A stretch of 64,000 bases of DNA, taken from NCBI RefSeq assembly GCF_011745625.1, contig NW_027191482.1, forward strand, positions 62,001-126,000, in the 5' to 3' direction. The notes under the pieces are model-generated. The model was not told the DNA's origin, made no database searches, and worked only from the letters and a program-made list of their open reading frames with translations. The DNA comes from Cladosporium halotolerans. Its lineage: Eukaryota. A program made the translations under genes and the position numbers. Shown in pieces: positions 1 through 12,177 of the stretch; the stretch's first letter is position 1; every line of letters begins with the position of its first letter.

Positions 1-538
1 GTCTAGAGTGTCGAGAGCGGTGATTCGGATGTCTGTAGAAAGATGTGTCATGCCAGCACGAGAGTAGAGAAGAAGCCCGTCGAGGGGGCCAAGCTGAGAA
101 GGAGGCATGGCCTTGAAGAGTTTCAGCAATTGGGCCCGGACCGCAGGAGTGCCATCAAGGATCAAGGGCTGGGCTTTGGCGATGATGACTGATGGCGGTT
201 GCGGCCAGGGGGCTTCAGTGGTGGAGATTGCGGTGGTTAAATATGATAGAGCATCTTTTCGTTGAGCATCGTTTTTGCTGCCAATCAGAGAAAGGTTGTG
301 ATTGAAGATGGCGCTGGCTTCACGGCTGGTTTCGCTCAGACTCTGTTGCTTGAGAACGATCGCTATCGTGCATCAGTACCCATGTGCAGACCATTCGAGG
401 CAGTAATAAATACGTACACTTTGCGGCGAAGCTAGTATCAGTGGCGTTGGTATTCTTTGGTCTCGCTTTTCCGACTTTTAGCTTTTGCTTCTGGAAATCC
501 TGCTTCCTCTCTTTTTTCTTCTTGCTGGAGTTGGTCAT
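1..538 (-). CDS. IPI1: Pre-rRNA processing protein IPI1 (Rix1 complex); 5' part only, runs off the window start
   Basis: N-terminus MTNSSKKKKERKQDFQKQKLKVGKARPKNTNATDTSF is typical of Ipi1/TEX10. Intron 363-417 (GTACGT...CTGAT...TAG) joins it to SIVLKQQSL...KDALSYL...YSRAGMTHLSTDIR. Confidence 0.9.
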
Positions 539-849
539 CTTGCACGATCAGCTCGTATGTTGCAAGATGCCAATGCTTTGCTGTAGTCGCCGGAGTGGAA
601 ATATTGTCGTGAATATCCTTGGTCAAAGTCGAAGACGCCTTGTTGCAAAGATGTCCGAAGCCTTGGCGTGAAGCCGCTGGCTGTCGCTGGGAAGCAGCCA
701 TGCAGCCTTCCGAAGACAAGGGTCCAGTCAGCTCTATTTACCTGCTACCTTGTATTTCCACCGCAACCCAGAAAACACATAATTGGCGTTTCGACATACG
801 ACTTATACTTGGACTTGGTAGCTGCTGCTGGAGATTTGAGTCAAACATA

Positions 850-1251
850 ATGCAACAACCCTCACCTTCAGAGGAGACCGCTGCACTGCTTGCGCGTCTA
901 TCTTCCCGACCCGGCGTGCAAAGCACCCTCATCCTCTCTCGCGACACAGGCGCAATCGTGCGCTCGACAGGTCTCATTACCGCCGAAGACATATCAGAGG
1001 AAGGAGAATCTGTCCCCAACGGCATTGGCGGCACGGATACGGAAGGCAAAAAGAAGGGCACGAGGAACGCCGACGCTGTCGCGAGGCTGGTTTGGAACTT
1101 TGTGAAGAGTGCGGGCGAAATGACGGAAGAGCTCAATGGAGAAAGTGATGAAGTTAAGCTGCTGCGATTGAGGACGAGGAAGAATGAGCTAGTCGTGGTG
1201 CCGGACGCTAAATTCTTGCTGGTTGTTGTTCACGATACCCCTCCAGCGTGA
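850..1251 (+). CDS. Roadblock/LC7-family dynein light chain
   Basis: LARLSSRPGVQSTLILSRDTGAIVRS...DEVKLLRLRTRKNELVVVPDAKFLLVVVHD matches the roadblock fold. ATG at 850 chosen; start uncertain. Confidence 0.85.
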   Translation: MQQPSPSEETAALLARLSSRPGVQSTLILSRDTGAIVRSTGLITAEDISEEGESVPNGIGGTDTEGKKKGTRNADAVARLVWNFVKSAGEMTEELNGESDEVKLLRLRTRKNELVVVPDAKFLLVVVHDTPPA

Positions 1252-1382
1252 AAAGGCGATGGAAAGGCACCCTAGAAGAGAACAATTTCTCAAGGCTATG
1301 CTACTTCAAGCGTACGAAATACGCGCTTTACTCTCCGGCGCCCTGGTAATCTTCTTGCTCGCCTGGAACTGAGGCGCTGCGA

Positions 1383-1925
1383 TCACCAATGCTTCTCAGA
1401 GATGTCGACAGAGTTCACGTCCACCACATCATCCGTGAACCAACGCTCAGAGATCTCAATATCATTGCCGCTCATCTGCCGCTTCCGCATCCGACCATCC
1501 TCGGCAAAAGTCCAGTCTTCCAGGCCGTAACAACGCTTCCATTTCATGCCGTCGTATTTGTCCTGGTACTCATACCAGAACTGCACGGCGATACGGTCTC
1601 CCGTGAAGGCGAAAAGCTCTTTACGCAGGCGATACGACTTCTCCTTATCCCACTTCTTGGTCAGAAAGTCGATGATGGGCTGGGTCCCAGTGAAGAATTG
1701 GTCGCGGTTGCGCCAGATGCAGTCTTCGGTGTACGCTTTGGAGACCGCGACAGGGTCCCTTGAAGAGGTTACTATAGAACGAGAATGCGGAGTGGTTGGT
1801 GTGAAGAGAAGAGACAGTTCTGAACAATTTAGATATGGGAAGACTCACTGAGCATTCCACAAATCCTGTGCCTTTTTCACTTTGGCCCTAGCGGTTTCTT
1901 CGTTGAAAGGTGGTACGAGTGCCAT
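1383..1925 (-). CDS. DUF1348 (NTF2/SnoaL-like) protein
   Basis: MALVPPFNEETARAKVKKAQDLWNA, intron 1759-1848 (GTGAGT...AAG), then DPVAVSKAYTEDCIWRNRDQF...KELFAFTGDRIAVQFWYEY...RCYGLEDWTF. Confidence 0.88.
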
Positions 1926-2748
1926 GGTTGATTGTGATGATTTGTATGGTGCCTCTGGTGTTGGGATGTAGCAGTGTTATAGATCTCACGCTGACGAGGC
2001 CTAAGGAAAGTGCTTAGAGCTCCATGACCCTTGCACGCTTGTAAGCATCGCCGCCGGCTTCGCTATAATTATACTGCTCGTTTCATTGCTACAAGAACTC
2101 CCAGCTCCAGCTCCAGCTGTAGATGACGGAATGTCGAAACTCGAGTTCCTAAGGCATCGATCGCGATAAACGATAGTCTCCAAACATCATCTGAATTCAA
2201 AACCTGTCTGATGTTCGACTACCCTCCTAGATTTCTTCTATGCATGATCTTGTAGCAACGGCGAGGGTGATACAAAACCCGAGAACCTCTTGTGATCTGC
2301 CCGGCGAGACTCAACTGTCGAAGATTGCCTTTGGAGACCACTGGCATTATGAAAACAGGCCGCGTCCCCTATTGCTACATTTATTGCACCTATTAGAGCA
2401 CCCCTTCGTGGCTGGATCCAGGTCCGAATGCTGCCGAGGTCGGAAGCTCAGCGATTTCGTCATTGGTGGGGTGTTTGTTGTCTGGCTCGCTGGCGTTGAC
2501 CCCTCGTGTCTGCCCCTCCGGTGATAAACGTGTTCTGAGGTTTGATTTGGAATTTGGCCAGCGAGCCCGAACTTGAGCCCGCCGTAGATCGGCCATTGAG
2601 GTGTTTCGATAAGCTTCTCAATCTGGCCATTGCTCAACTTGAAGTGCTTCCATAATCCATACCGCTTCCCTGACTTCGCATCCACTTCTCTTCTCATCAA
2701 CCCCACGTTCACAAAACCTTCAATACCTAGACACTCTCATACAACACA

Positions 2749-3365
2749 ATGGCTCCCCTCAAGGCTGGCGACAAGTTCCCTTCGGACGTCAAGTTCGAGT
2801 AGGTATCCTGCATGTGCACCCCCCACGCACTTGGCTGACGGCAATCGCAGCTGGGCTCCCATCACCGACCCTAACCCCACCGCCTGCGGCCTTCCGCAGT
2901 CCTATGATGCCAGCAAGGAGTTCGCCGGCAAGAGGGTCGTCCTCGTCTCTGTCCCCGGTGCTTTCACTCCTAGCTGCCAAGCCTTCCACGTCCCGCCCTA
3001 CCTTCAGAACTTGGACAAGCTTCAGGCCAAGGGCGTCGACTTCGTCGTTGTCATTGCCAGCAACGACCCCTTCGTCATGAGCGCGTGGGGCAAGGTCAAC
3101 GGCTGCACCCCGGACACCAAGGTCTACTTCATGAGCGACTCCAGCTTCTCCAAGAAGCATGGCTGGGACGCCGGCATGGGCGACAGGAACGGCAGGTGGG
3201 CCATGATCATCGAGAAGGATGGCACCGTCAGCTACGCTGAGAACGAGGCCTCTCCGAAGGAGGTTCAGGTATGCTTGCCAACACGTCTTCTTAACACTAA
3301 AGGATTTGGGACTGACTGCGCGCGAACAGGTCTCCTCCGCCGAGACGATCCTCAGCAAGCTCTAA
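2749..3365 (+). CDS. Peroxiredoxin, Prx5/Ahp1/PMP20 type, with C-terminal PTS1 (SKL)
   Basis: VPGAFTPSC active-site motif and NDPFVMSAW. Introns 2799-2850 and 3269-3329. The spliced product ends ETILSKL*. Confidence 0.92.
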
Positions 3366-3783
3366 GTGCTTCGCCTCGCCCACACTGGTGAGAGCGTGAC
3401 GTGGAACGTGGAACGATAGACATACATGTCAACTATGACGAATAAAAATGTTTGCTCAAAGATAAAATCTGCTCCAAACTCTTGTAAAGTCATTTGGCTC
3501 CTTTGTGGAACAGAGTACCAATTGCTATGCGGTGAAACCCTAGAACCTTTCCTACTGATCATCCAGCTTCTCAGACAGTCACCTGCAGATTATTTTCCTT
3601 GGAGACCGTTGAAGAAGTTCATTCTTCGGGTAGTTCGTGGGAAGTCTGCAAACAATTGATGTGACTGCCCGCGCGGCGGCAGGTCGCGCCTGCCGTCGCT
3701 TGCTGCAACTTTCCTTTCACCTCACCCAGCTCTTGGTGCCTTCACACAATGCAAATTGCGAAGCAGCTCAGCGCCGTTGAAAT

Positions 3784-4956
3784 ATGGCTCATACAACGCC
3801 TGTGGACGTTCATTCAGCGCGTTCAGCGCGCCTTCAGACTCTTCGATCGTGCCACCGCTCTAACATGGACAACAACTGCGAAAGCGTCGCAGAGCTCAGC
3901 AGTAAGAAGAGCGGTAGCGATTCCCCGTCTACGCCGCCGCCGCAAGGCCACATACTCAGAGGCAAGAAAGAAGGATCTCCCATCACAACCATCACAGAAT
4001 CGATCGACCCTACAGCAATTCATCAGTACTCCCTTACGCAGCCTCAGACGCCTTTGAATGCAAACAAGGAGTCAACGCCTCTGAACTGGGGAAGTGGTGA
4101 ATGGAGCCGCCTGATCAAGGAGATCTCGCATGGCGACGAAGGCGCCTCAACTGAAACCACCGAAAAGGTTCCGACTCCTTGTAAGAGGTCCGATCCAGCA
4201 CCTACGGATACTGAAAGCGCATCCGACGGGAGCTCGTCAGGAGGCGTAAAGATTGACGAACATCCTTTTATCAAGCTCCTCGAACAGCGCAACGACGAAC
4301 CTGGTCACGAGCCGCGCGACACCCAGGTCGCCTCGACCTACATCGAAACAACTTACGACTCAGAAACAGATCAGTCCGTCATTCACAACTCAGATGCAAT
4401 GACGAATAAGGAGGAACTACTCTCACCAGCTCCCATATTCAGCTCATCGGCGCAAACCGTCCTTCGAGGTCTCATCCGCGACGCTCATCGCGGAATGATG
4501 TATTTCACACTACCGCATGCCGCCTTCTCGGGCGAGGATCTACGCCACGGACTGGAGTACGCGTTCGGAATGTTGCAAGTAGCGACAGTCAGATTGGCAA
4601 TCCTCGCAACTTTACTCGACGACATGGCCAACATGCCCGCCGATTCTCTCCGCGAGTGGATCGCGCAAGTCGACCGACTCGATCCCCAGACCTGCTACGA
4701 ACCTCGTATGCTTGTTGTGTTCGAATGCCTTTCCACCGGAGAGGTCCAACTCGCGCTCGCGGAACTGGTGCAATCGAGACTTATTGTTGAACACGAGGCA
4801 GAGCGCTTGAAGCAGCAGTTGGTGAGGAGGGCGGATGGGTCAGCGAAAGTAGAGAGTCCTGTGTCGTTGTGGGATGATGATCAACTCATCACGGATGGCG
4901 TGGTCACGCTTATCATGGTTCTTGCTATTGGCACGCTCTACTTGTTCATCAGGTGA
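3784..4956 (+). CDS. Hypothetical protein with a C-terminal hydrophobic anchor
   Basis: 390-aa ORF with a low-complexity N-half and a helical C-half ending GVVTLIMVLAIGTLYLFIR. No family recognised; start uncertain. Confidence 0.6.
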   Translation: MAHTTPVDVHSARSARLQTLRSCHRSNMDNNCESVAELSSKKSGSDSPSTPPPQGHILRGKKEGSPITTITESIDPTAIHQYSLTQPQTPLNANKESTPLNWGSGEWSRLIKEISHGDEGASTETTEKVPTPCKRSDPAPTDTESASDGSSSGGVKIDEHPFIKLLEQRNDEPGHEPRDTQVASTYIETTYDSETDQSVIHNSDAMTNKEELLSPAPIFSSSAQTVLRGLIRDAHRGMMYFTLPHAAFSGEDLRHGLEYAFGMLQVATVRLAILATLLDDMANMPADSLREWIAQVDRLDPQTCYEPRMLVVFECLSTGEVQLALAELVQSRLIVEHEAERLKQQLVRRADGSAKVESPVSLWDDDQLITDGVVTLIMVLAIGTLYLFIR

Positions 4957-5502
4957 GGTGGCGAGTTGGCATTTTCGATGTGGCATTCTGCGTGAAGTGC
5001 TGAGCTGGAAGAAACAAGGGCATAGTTGAGATCAAGTACATGTGTCCGTAGTCAAAAAGATACAGAGAGGTGTCAAGAATGCAAGTTCGTGGCATGTCGT
5101 CGTTCACCGAACGTGCGTGCTCACCTCATCCGACGTCCCACCCGAAACGAAGGAGCTCCCAAATTCCTTGGCCGCGCTGCCGGCGGGCTGGCTGCCGACC
5201 TCGAGTCTGGACCTGCCGTGAACTTACTCGCGCCTTGCTGCTTTCTTAGAACACGTCGCCTCCCTCGGAGCGCACACACGCCCACGCCATTCACAAACGA
5301 CAAAAAGTGCGTAGGAGAACGACGCAGAGCGGCGCATCGGATCGCGACAACTGCGATGAATCAGGGGATGCGTTCCCGGCTGCGCTCTCCTTCCTGAATC
5401 CCTACCATCTCCGGCTGGCGACAGGTTGCCTAGGCCCATCGCGCCTCCTAATTGCATCTTGACGGCCGCGCACACGATTAGTTCTGATCTCCTGGTGTCA
5501 AC

Positions 5503-7653
5503 ATGGCTGCTGGACGCTCGCTTAAAACCCTCGTCGGCCGCCGCCGGCGCCTGGACGAGGAAGGCGAGGATGACGAAGGGCCGGTGATGGTGGACGACTC
5601 GCAGAGCGAAGGCTCGGTGTTGACGGAGATGGACGAGAGGAGCGACGACGAAGAGACCCGCAGCGCCGGCGATGGACAAGCGGTGCAGGGCGCGAATGGT
5701 AATGCTGTGGAAGAGAAGCGGGAGGGATCGGCAAACGGCACGCGACCTGGGAAAAAGTCGCGGAAGCCTAGGAACAAGGGCGGCAAGAAAGAAAGGGGCG
5801 AGAGCGCTGATGGAGCGGCGGGGCAGGGAAACCTATTCCAGGCTACTGCGGATACGGAGGCGATGATGAAGGGTATGAACCTTGAGGACACTGGGGAAGG
5901 CGCCATTCAATTTGGAGACATGGACGAGCCAGTACACATTCCTTCGGGCAGCAGGTCACAAGCTGGGAACGGGCGTGCAGAGCGACCTGTCGACCGCCAA
6001 AGGCGAGAGCACCAGGAATACAAGCAGAAACGGAGCGCCGACCCTGCCTTCATACCGAACCGCGGCAACTTCTTCATGCACGACACTCGCGGGGCACCCA
6101 ACGGCCAGGGCCCTCCTCCGACTCGAGGTGCACTTGCGAGGGGCAGAGGGCGAGGAATACCGCAGGTCGGAGCCTCTGGAACGCCGCCAAATCCTGCGCA
6201 GCGACAAGACAAAGCGTCTGAGATGCCCTGGAAGCACGATCTCCATGAAGTTATTAATGAGGAATCGGGCCCTGGAGCTCAGAACAAGCCCGCGGTCTCG
6301 CAGCAGCAGCAACGCGACGATGCATCGCGTCTTTCCGCACGACACGCCCTCCCAACACAAGCATCAAGACCTGGACCGCCGCCTACGCTTTCTTTCGACG
6401 TGACCATACCTGTCGCTAAAGGTCAAGCTCGCGTATTTTTGCCTGGCATGAAGACTGCCAAGATGGGCTCTGAACTTTCCATCAAGAAGTACATCCGGCT
6501 GCCCAACCACAGACCGCCTTTGCGAAGGGACAAGCCCGTACGAGTCTTCATACCTGGTTTGGGTCCGAGATATATTTTCCCGTCGATGGAGCGATCTTTC
6601 ATTTTCATACCGCGGCAAATGCGCCCGAACCAGCGCGGCTTTGGGAGCAGCAACTACCATCGCAACACTGGTGGCTACGGATACTCTAGTCGACGGACCA
6701 GTATGTATGGCGGGAGCATGTACTCCGCTAGCGTTGCGCCGAGCAGGAGATCATCTATCGCCCGGGACAACACCTTCTCCCCGGTCTCTTTTGCAAGTGG
6801 GTTTGGCGGACAGGCTAGGCCCGTCGTTCGGCTGCCGTACAACGGTCAGGTTCTCTCAACTGGCACCTCGCCCGCAGGCCCGCTCTCTGGACATCAAACG
6901 CCGACTGGACAGGTTCTGCATACATACCCGCTACCGCAGAACGCGCCGCTGTTCAACACGCCCATGTCGACCGTGCATCAGCCCAGGCCGCAGAAACAAT
7001 TTTCTGTCACCGGCATCGAGTCGCCAGCGGTTCTGCACCAGTCACGAACTCCCACAGACGAGCAACAGCCGTTCCAAAACCAACTCCCAACTCACATGGC
7101 AGAGCAATCTGCTGGCTCGCACCAAGCTCAGGTTCCGTTCTATCCCCAGCAGCCGCACTACGCGTATCAGAATCAGTCACACCAGGCTGCCACGCCCCTA
7201 TCCGGAATCCCTGAGAATGCGATGAATTCCCAGGCCTTCCAGCAGCCGGCGATGTACTACCCGCAATATCCACCGCAGCATGGCATGTATTATCCGCAAC
7301 CAATGCAAATGTACATGCCTCCTTCCCAGGGTTACATGGCTCCGCCGCAGCAGCCTTTGTCGCAACCACAGCACGATCGGACTCAGGCTCAGGAAGGGCA
7401 GCGAGAACAACGGGAAGATGCAGCGCCGTCTGGTATGGTCGCTCACGAAAGCAACGGCATGGTCTTCTATATTCCTGCGTCGGAAGCTCAGCAACAAACG
7501 TCGCAAGAGCATTACCAGCCTGCTGAGAGCTTCGTGCCCTCGTACGCGATGCCGGGCCTCCCGCCGCCGACACCGGCGCCCGAGGCAACCTATTACTACC
7601 CCATGGATATGCAACAGGCGATGTACTACCCTCAGCAACAACCGCAGCAATAA
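5503..7653 (+). CDS. Btz/CASC3 (Barentsz) domain protein, exon-junction-complex associated
   Basis: DPAFIPNRGNFFMHDTR...RGRGRG...PWKHDLHE is the Btz/SELOR signature; Q/P/Y-rich tail; 716 aa. Confidence 0.8.
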   Translation: MAAGRSLKTLVGRRRRLDEEGEDDEGPVMVDDSQSEGSVLTEMDERSDDEETRSAGDGQAVQGANGNAVEEKREGSANGTRPGKKSRKPRNKGGKKERGESADGAAGQGNLFQATADTEAMMKGMNLEDTGEGAIQFGDMDEPVHIPSGSRSQAGNGRAERPVDRQRREHQEYKQKRSADPAFIPNRGNFFMHDTRGAPNGQGPPPTRGALARGRGRGIPQVGASGTPPNPAQRQDKASEMPWKHDLHEVINEESGPGAQNKPAVSQQQQRDDASRLSARHALPTQASRPGPPPTLSFDVTIPVAKGQARVFLPGMKTAKMGSELSIKKYIRLPNHRPPLRRDKPVRVFIPGLGPRYIFPSMERSFIFIPRQMRPNQRGFGSSNYHRNTGGYGYSSRRTSMYGGSMYSASVAPSRRSSIARDNTFSPVSFASGFGGQARPVVRLPYNGQVLSTGTSPAGPLSGHQTPTGQVLHTYPLPQNAPLFNTPMSTVHQPRPQKQFSVTGIESPAVLHQSRTPTDEQQPFQNQLPTHMAEQSAGSHQAQVPFYPQQPHYAYQNQSHQAATPLSGIPENAMNSQAFQQPAMYYPQYPPQHGMYYPQPMQMYMPPSQGYMAPPQQPLSQPQHDRTQAQEGQREQREDAAPSGMVAHESNGMVFYIPASEAQQQTSQEHYQPAESFVPSYAMPGLPPPTPAPEATYYYPMDMQQAMYYPQQQPQQ

Positions 7654-8451
7654 CTCGGGCCTGGTGGGATCTAATTTGCACCACACCTTTACTATTACCT
7701 TTGGCTGAACCTTTTGGCGTCGTTCTTCTTGTATGCCTTCTTTTGTCTTACGGCGGGCGAGGAAATGTTGGAAGCGAGCAAGCATGGCGTTTGAATACCA
7801 TCGCGGATGTTTGATTGAATGCGCGGGTGTTGCTTTTGTTAGTCTTGGAGGCGCAGATACCTAGAACTTTTACTTTGTTTCTCACGCAAGCTCCTGGACA
7901 TTACTGTTGTTCCCATGACGTCGTGACTCGACCGGTCAAGGACTCGAATCACGACATTGATAGGCCACGTGTCCCCTGCGTCCGCGCCGTGGTGAAGACA
8001 AGGGCGCGCAGACATGTAAGGCAGAACACGGATGCGCGAGTGGATGCCTCAGCGCTGACCAGGCCGCCTCTGAAACGCCGTGAACGCGGCTGGGCTCGGG
8101 CTCTCCGCGTTTGCGCCAGGCAACCCCAGAGCTACGCAGCCACGGGCAGCCAAGCTCTCCAGCTTCCGGTCAGCTCGGCCTGCCGCCTGCAGCACGACAA
8201 GCACCACCTCTCCCTCCCTCCACCGCCCACTCCACCTCGCCAACCTCAACCCATCGCCACCTAGTCGCCCACACCAACACCCCATCACTTGTATCCTCCC
8301 ACCACATTTCAACCTGCCGGCTCACAGGAACGGCGTTTCTTCGCACTCACCTGCCGCCTATCGCCGAGGCGAGTCCATACGTCACCGTTCGCCGCCTGGC
8401 GCTGCACTTGAACCACGACCTCCACCACACACTACCTCCACACCGTTCATC

Positions 8452-11400
8452 ATGGCGACCCCGGGCCATCACGCCGGGAGCAGTGCCGGACCCGATACTC
8501 CCATCACCATCAAGATCTCCGTCAACGACAACCTGAAGAAGCTCAAGCTGCCGCTTAAGGATCTGGGGGCGAACGTGCTCATAGATAAGGTACGCCAGCC
8601 TGATTCACTGTTACACCCAAGGCTGAGGCACTGTCCCTCACTTCGTGCTCGACGTTGATCCAAGATCACTGCTAACCGGTGCACTGTAGCTTCGCCACTG
8701 CCTCAACATCAAGCCCGAGCAGCACGCTGTCTTCGAGCGTTTCTCCGACTCCGCCGGTGGCTACATCGTCCTCGAGCCCACCACCCCACAGGTCTTCAAG
8801 ACCCTCATTCGTGCCGCCAAGGCCAAGTCAAAGCTCAGGCTGAAGGCCACCGTCAGCCCAGACCTCGTCGAGGCCAAGACCGAGGAGGAGACACCAGCAC
8901 AGGATATCCCAAGCATGGCTGCCCTGAAGGTTGCGGAGCCGGTCATCGTCCACTCTCCGGTCAACCAGGCATCCACGCGTGACTCCACCGCACTTGACGG
9001 CCGTTCCATCGGCAGCGGTATCTTCCAATTCCGTGAGGCTCGCGCCTCGCAGCAGACTCTGGTCGACGACGAAGCGCCTTTGCCACGAGGCTTCGCCGTC
9101 GAACGTGACGAGCAGAAACAACCCGCTCCTCGTGCCAGTATCCCATGCCACCGCGAGCTTGCCTTCCGCAGCCGCGAGCCTGCCATTGCTCCCACGGCTC
9201 CCGTCCAGGGTCAGTGGTCTGTCTACTGCAACAATTGCGACGTCGCAATGTATGATGCACACTATCACTGCAGTATCTGTGACGGCGGTGACTACGACCT
9301 CTGCGAGGCATGCATTGCTAACGGCATCCTCTGCCCTGGCGAGAGCCACTGGTTGATCAAGCGCTCCATTAAGGACGGCCAGGTGGTCACCAGCACGACT
9401 GAGCGTATTGGCGGCAAGTATCAGAAGGAATCTGAGAGGGAAGTGCCCGGAGCATTCACCGAGGAGACCAAGACTCTGGCTGAGGAGCACCGCATGCCGA
9501 CACGCACTTGCAACAACTGCGTCTACGTCTTGCCCGAGGCTCAGTTTGTCACCTGCACCACCTGTGATGACTTCGATTTGTGCATTGCTTGCCACACCTC
9601 CAACAAGCATGGCCACCACCCTGCTCATGGATTCAAGCCCGCCACCGATGAGACCGTCCTCACCATGGCTGCCGAGGCCGCCCTCGCTCCAGGCCGTCAC
9701 GTTCGCCACAACGCCCTCTGCGATGGCTGCGACAAGCCTATCTACGGCGTTCGCCACAAGTGTCTGGATTGCCCGGACTGGGACTACTGCAGCGCCTGCA
9801 TCCAGCAGGCATCGCTCAAGCATGCTCGCCACCGCTTCACCGCAATCTTCAGCCCGATCGCGGAGCCTCGCCCGAACTTCATTCGCCATCTGGGCATCTA
9901 CTGCGATGGCCCTCTCTGCAAGAACAGGGCCGACCAGTCATTCATCACTGGTGTCCGCTATAAGTGTGCTGTGTGCCACGACACCGATTTCTGCGCTTCC
10001 TGCGAGGCTCTGCCGGGCAACCACCACAACAGGACTCACCCGCTCATCAAGTTCAAGACACCGGTCAGGGGCGTCACCATCAACACCATGAACGAAGACG
10101 TGCGCGGCCATGTCCGCAACATGGGCGACAGAGTCCCGGCACCTGTCTCCAGCCCGATCCCGGCCGCGAACGCCGCGAGTGAGGTTCATACTGTTGCTGA
10201 GTTCAAGCCCGAGATGAAGGAGAAGACGATGCCGATCCCGGTGTTCAAATCAGAGCCGTCGACGCCCAAGGAGCCTGTGGTCGAGGCCAAGGTCCCTGCC
10301 TCACTTCTCAGTGCATCCTTTGTCAAGGATAGCATCGCCGACGGCACCGTTGTGGCTCCTGGCGCCCGCTTCACGCAGATCTGGACTCTCAAGAACGACG
10401 GCCTGTACCCATGGCCTGCCGGCTGCAGCGTCCGCTACGTCGGCGGCGACAACATGCTCAACATCGACAATGATCACCCGGCATCGGTCAGTGACATTGC
10501 CAACGCTTCTGAGAGCAATGTTGTCGGTCGCGAGGTTCAGGTGGGCGAGGAGATCGCTTTCAAGCTTACTCTCAAGGCGCCTGCCCGCGAGGGCAAGGCC
10601 ATCAGCTACTGGCGTGTCAAGGCCGCCGACGGCACTCCTTTCGGCCACCGCCTCTGGTGTGACGTCGAGGTCAAGAAGGCTGACGACTCCAAGTCAGCTC
10701 CCTTGGCTGGCAATGAGACCATGGCCAACATGACGCCTCAACAGTGGAATGCGCACAACCTGCAATCCATGATGATTGACCAACAGATGGCGGCTATGCA
10801 GGCTATGCAGGCACAGAGGTCGATGCTCCACCAGGCTTCCCCTCAGCAAACTCACACCCACCCGGTCTCCGGTCGCGAGATTCCCGTTGGTGGCTTCACC
10901 CAGTATCGTGCTCCGCCAGTGCCCCATGGTCATCCCATGGACGCTTTCGCCGTCAAAGACAAGGAGACCGCTAAGCTTCGCGTTGAGGCTATTAAGGCCA
11001 AGCTCCTGAAGGCCCGCGCTGAGAAGCACAACCACGCCGTCGCCGAGGCCAAGGCTGCTAGGGCGGCTGCTGAGAAGAAGACCGCCGACGAGAACGCGAA
11101 GGTCAAGAAGATCATCGAGGCCGTGACCAAGTCCCCCGCCGAGGAGGCCGAGGACGTCGCCACCAGCCAGATGGTCTTCCCCAAGCTCGAGAAGGAGAGC
11201 CCGGACGCCAGCATTATCCAGTCCTCGTCCAGCTCCGGCAAGGGCAAGGCTGCTTACGTCGAGGACGAGGCTGCCGAGGAGGCTGCTGCCGCCGCCGTCC
11301 CCGTGCAGTCTGCGCCTTCGGTCATCTCCCCGCAGACCGTTGCCGCTGGCGACGACTTCGACGATTTGAGCGACCTTGACATCCTCAGTCAAAGCGAGGA

Positions 11401-11473
11401 CGACGGCTTTATGACTGACGAGGAGTACGATATCCTGGACGCTAGCGACCAGGAGACCGTTGCTTCTAAGTAG
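8452..11473 (+). CDS. NBR1: NBR1-like selective autophagy receptor (PB1-like, 4 ZZ zinc fingers, FW domain, C-terminal AIM/LIR)
   Basis: Exon 1 ITIKISVNDNLKKLKLPL; intron 8590-8689; four ZZ-type CxxC...C..C.D.DLC..C repeats; FW domain (FTQIWTLKN...WP...YWR...FGHRLWCDVEV); terminal DEEYDIL. Confidence 0.85.
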
Positions 11474-12177
11474 GAGTCGAGCCGGCTCGTACTTGACTAC
11501 AGATGGGTTTCAGATTGAACAAGCAGGATATACTAGGTGATGAACGTTCACATCACGCTGTCCGCTCGATACGTGGCACGATGATTTCTTTTCTTTTCCC
11601 CTCTATGTTTTACTTACGAAAAGCGCAGAAGAGTGGATCTGTCACGGATCACTCGCTCGCGATGAAATGACTTTGAATTGTATCTTCTTTACTTGATTCA
11701 CACGGTCCGTCTGCGTGCGGGAATGAAGGAGTCATGGCGTGTTTTCTGAGAGATCACCCCTAGGATAGCGAAACTGGTAGTCTGGGAATTGGAATGGGAA
11801 TTGGAATGTTTTCTTTATGAAAGATCCACTTTCTTTGAAATATGTGGATGTTTGTGAGGCTCGCGTCGTCTTCGTGTGCTGGCTACAAGGTACACTAAAA
11901 GTAGGCAACAAACGGTCGGTTTTGCTGCATCGGAAGGCCCGGACGACTACGCGGCTCTCTTGCCCCCGCAACCCCGCTGAGAGCGTGAATATACGAGCTT
12001 CCAAAGGCATAAAGGCTGCAAACAATCGTCGCATCAATGCTGGACTATTCGATCGAGACGGCCTATCCGAAAACGTGAGGGAGAAATTTCGACATCAAAC
12101 CGGTTGGGTAAACGATCAACCGTGGCCGCAAGCAGCAGAGAACACAACTGTACGATCTCCCTTAGTAATACGGCAGA

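Noticed and set aside
1759..1848. Possible nested intron at the branch site of the DUF1348 intron (TAG-TAAC)
   Set aside because: No convincing internal donor or branch site; a single intron explains the frame.
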